Positions 62,377-64,000 of a stretch of DNA of 64,000 nt are shown piece by piece. The stretch lies in assembly GCA_937884485.1 (NCBI GenBank), contig CALGCG010000024.1, forward strand, positions 20,868 through 84,867. The letters run 5' to 3'. This DNA comes from an uncultured Bacteroidales bacterium. Its GTDB lineage: Bacteria; Bacteroidota; Bacteroidia; Bacteroidales; P3. The notes below the pieces were generated by a model, which worked only from the letters and a program-made list of their open reading frames with translations, was not told the origin of the DNA and ran no database searches. Position 1 is the first letter of the stretch; each line of letters begins with the position of its first letter. A program made the translations under genes and the position numbers.

Positions 62377-63791
62377 TGTCTATCGGAAAGAAGCTGTCGG
62401 TCAGCATAACGGTGATATTTGGTCTGTTTGCTTTCTCCTTTATGGCTTTTCAGCACTATCGGGAGAAAGAGTTCAAGATAGAGTGTCTGAACATCCAGCT
62501 TCAGGACTGCAACCTGCGTATAAGTGAATCCCTCAGCAGTGGCGACAGCATCACAGACAGCCTTGTCGAGAGTTATGTTTTTCGGCACGAGATGGAAAAT
62601 CTGCGTGTAACAATCATCGACAGCCTCGGCCGGGTGCTATACGACAACCGTATCGAGGACTACAGCACGATGGACAATCACCTTCACCGTAAGGAAATAC
62701 GCGAGGCTTTAGCCAAAGGGCAGGGGACGGACATCGAGCGAACCAGCGCCACAATGGGCCAGGACTACTTCTATTCCGCCACCTATCTGCCACAACTCGG
62801 CCTCTACGTCCGCTCCGCATTGCCCTACACTCACGACCTGAAAGATTCCCTGCAGGCGGAAAAGAAATACCTATGGCTCACCTTGGGTATTTTCATCGTC
62901 TTAATGTTTGTATTGTCCCGTTTTACAAGAAAAATAGGCAACAGCATCGACAAGCTACGTACCTTCGCCGAACGAATCGCTTTGGGCGAAAGCCTTGAAA
63001 TTGAGGAACTGGCCACCTTCTCGAACGACGAACTTGGCGAGATAGCCGAGCGAATCGTCAAAATCTACAAGAAGCTGCAGGCCACCAAAGAGGAGCAGAA
63101 CCAGCTGAAACACGAGCTGACGCAAAACGCCGCCCACGAGCTGAAGACTCCCGTGGCAAGCATACAGGGCTATCTGGAAACGGTCTTGACGCACCCCGAC
63201 ATCTCCGACGAAATGCGGCAGCAGTTCCTTGTGCAATGCTTCGGACAGGCACAGCGGCTGGCATCCATCCTGCAGGATATGGCCACCCTGAACAAAATCG
63301 ACGCGGCGCCGATGACATACAAGTTCGAGGAAGTTAACATTTCACAGATAGTGGAGCAGGTCCTCGACGCTTCGGCATTGCAACTGGAGGAACATCAGAT
63401 GCATTTCGACAACCAGTTGCCCGCCACGCTTATGGCACGCGCCGATGCGTCGCTCGTCCACAGCATCTTCCGCAATCTCACCGACAACGCCATATCCTAC
63501 GCGGGCGACGGCACCACGATAACCCTTACACATTCCGACGCCGACACCCATTGGCAGTTCACTTTCTCCGACAATGGCGTTGGAATAGCGCAGGAGCATC
63601 TGTCGCGCATCTTCGAGCGGTTCTATCGTGTCGACAAAGGTAGAAGCCGCAAACTTGGAGGCACAGGTCTCGGCCTCGCCATCGTCAAAAACGCCGTGGC
63701 TCTGCACGGCGGTACGATAGCCGCATTCCAGAACGCCGACAGCGGCGTCCGCTTCGTTTTCACTATAGCCAAAAACACCAACCATTCCTAA
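62376..63791 (+). CDS. Sensor histidine kinase (PhoR-like architecture)
   Basis: Two TM segments and a HAMP-like linker. H-box HELKTPVASIQGYLE, N-box NLTDNAISYA, G-boxes DNGVGI and GGTGLGLAIV. Confidence 0.9.
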   Translation: MSIGKKLSVSITVIFGLFAFSFMAFQHYREKEFKIECLNIQLQDCNLRISESLSSGDSITDSLVESYVFRHEMENLRVTIIDSLGRVLYDNRIEDYSTMDNHLHRKEIREALAKGQGTDIERTSATMGQDYFYSATYLPQLGLYVRSALPYTHDLKDSLQAEKKYLWLTLGIFIVLMFVLSRFTRKIGNSIDKLRTFAERIALGESLEIEELATFSNDELGEIAERIVKIYKKLQATKEEQNQLKHELTQNAAHELKTPVASIQGYLETVLTHPDISDEMRQQFLVQCFGQAQRLASILQDMATLNKIDAAPMTYKFEEVNISQIVEQVLDASALQLEEHQMHFDNQLPATLMARADASLVHSIFRNLTDNAISYAGDGTTITLTHSDADTHWQFTFSDNGVGIAQEHLSRIFERFYRVDKGRSRKLGGTGLGLAIVKNAVALHGGTIAAFQNADSGVRFVFTIAKNTNHS

Positions 63792-63960
63792 CCCCGCATC
63801 GGGCTCTAATGGTTGATATTCTCCTGCGCCAGGCTGATGAGCTGCTCGTCGCAGCCGAGGATGGAGGCTATGCGCAGGGCCTCGTGGGGCACGTTGTCGC
63901 TTCGATGTTCTGTAACCCCCTCCGTGGGGAAAAAAATCATCTCAGTTGTTACTTTTTTCG

Positions 63961-63968
63961 TATTTTTG
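63961..63968 (+). promoter_or_regulatory. -7-like box TATTTTTG at the window edge, for a gene beyond the window
   Basis: TAnnTTTG match followed by the 17-nt motif gtatatagaaaaaacaa, which is also found upstream of the A2M gene. Confidence 0.3.
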
Positions 63969-64000
63969 CATCTAACGTATATAGAAAAAACAAACGAGAA

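Noticed and set aside
63808-63933. 41-codon minus-strand ORF (MIFFPTEGVTEHRSDNVPHEALRIASILGCDEQLISLAQENINH*) after the kinase gene.
   Set aside because: It is too short and has no recognisable family. It might be a remnant of a longer gene or a chance ORF between a terminator-like region and an outward-facing promoter. There is not enough evidence to annotate it.

Overview
The window looks like a GC-rich Bacteroidales-type chromosome. This is inferred from uppS-bamA-skp-skp synteny, an UpxY-like antiterminator, TAnnTTTG promoter boxes and lipoprotein or beta-barrel DUF genes. It has three parts.

(1) 1-8.8 kb, plus strand, core envelope cluster: a truncated beta-barrel protein, an SDR, a DUF4837-like gene, a DUF6089-like gene, uppS, bamA and two ompH/skp genes.

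(2) 9.1-49.1 kb, a roughly 40 kb block of 39 consecutive minus-strand genes forming one very large surface-glycan locus. Its contents:
- An UpxY-like gene and a promoter at the 49 kb end.
- A sugar-1-P transferase homologue.
- A Wzm/Wzt ABC exporter.
- At least 12 glycosyltransferases.
- Two wecB paralogues and several epimerases.
- Acetyl, methyl and amido-ligase tailoring genes.
- An MBOAT system and a GT-C/Wzy-like membrane protein.
- Wza, Wzc and an OmpA-family gene at the 9 kb end.

The locus is compositionally mosaic. It carries two non-glycan passenger genes: a HUH/Y1 transposase-like gene with an internal 36-nt tandem repeat, and a GxxExxY gene bracketed by a perfect 22-bp inverted repeat. 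Several families of short intergenic repeats are also present.

(3) 49.6-64 kb: a Zn-peptidase-like lipoprotein, tRNA-Ser(GGA), a 2077-aa alpha-2-macroglobulin-family gene containing an octanucleotide repeat tract, and a porin / PiT / response-regulator / histidine-kinase cluster that is putatively phosphate related.

I saw no rRNA, CRISPR array, canonical IS element or recognisable defence system. The many long ORFs antisense to GC-rich genes were treated as artefacts. All family calls come from motif recognition by eye and need HMM or BLAST confirmation.
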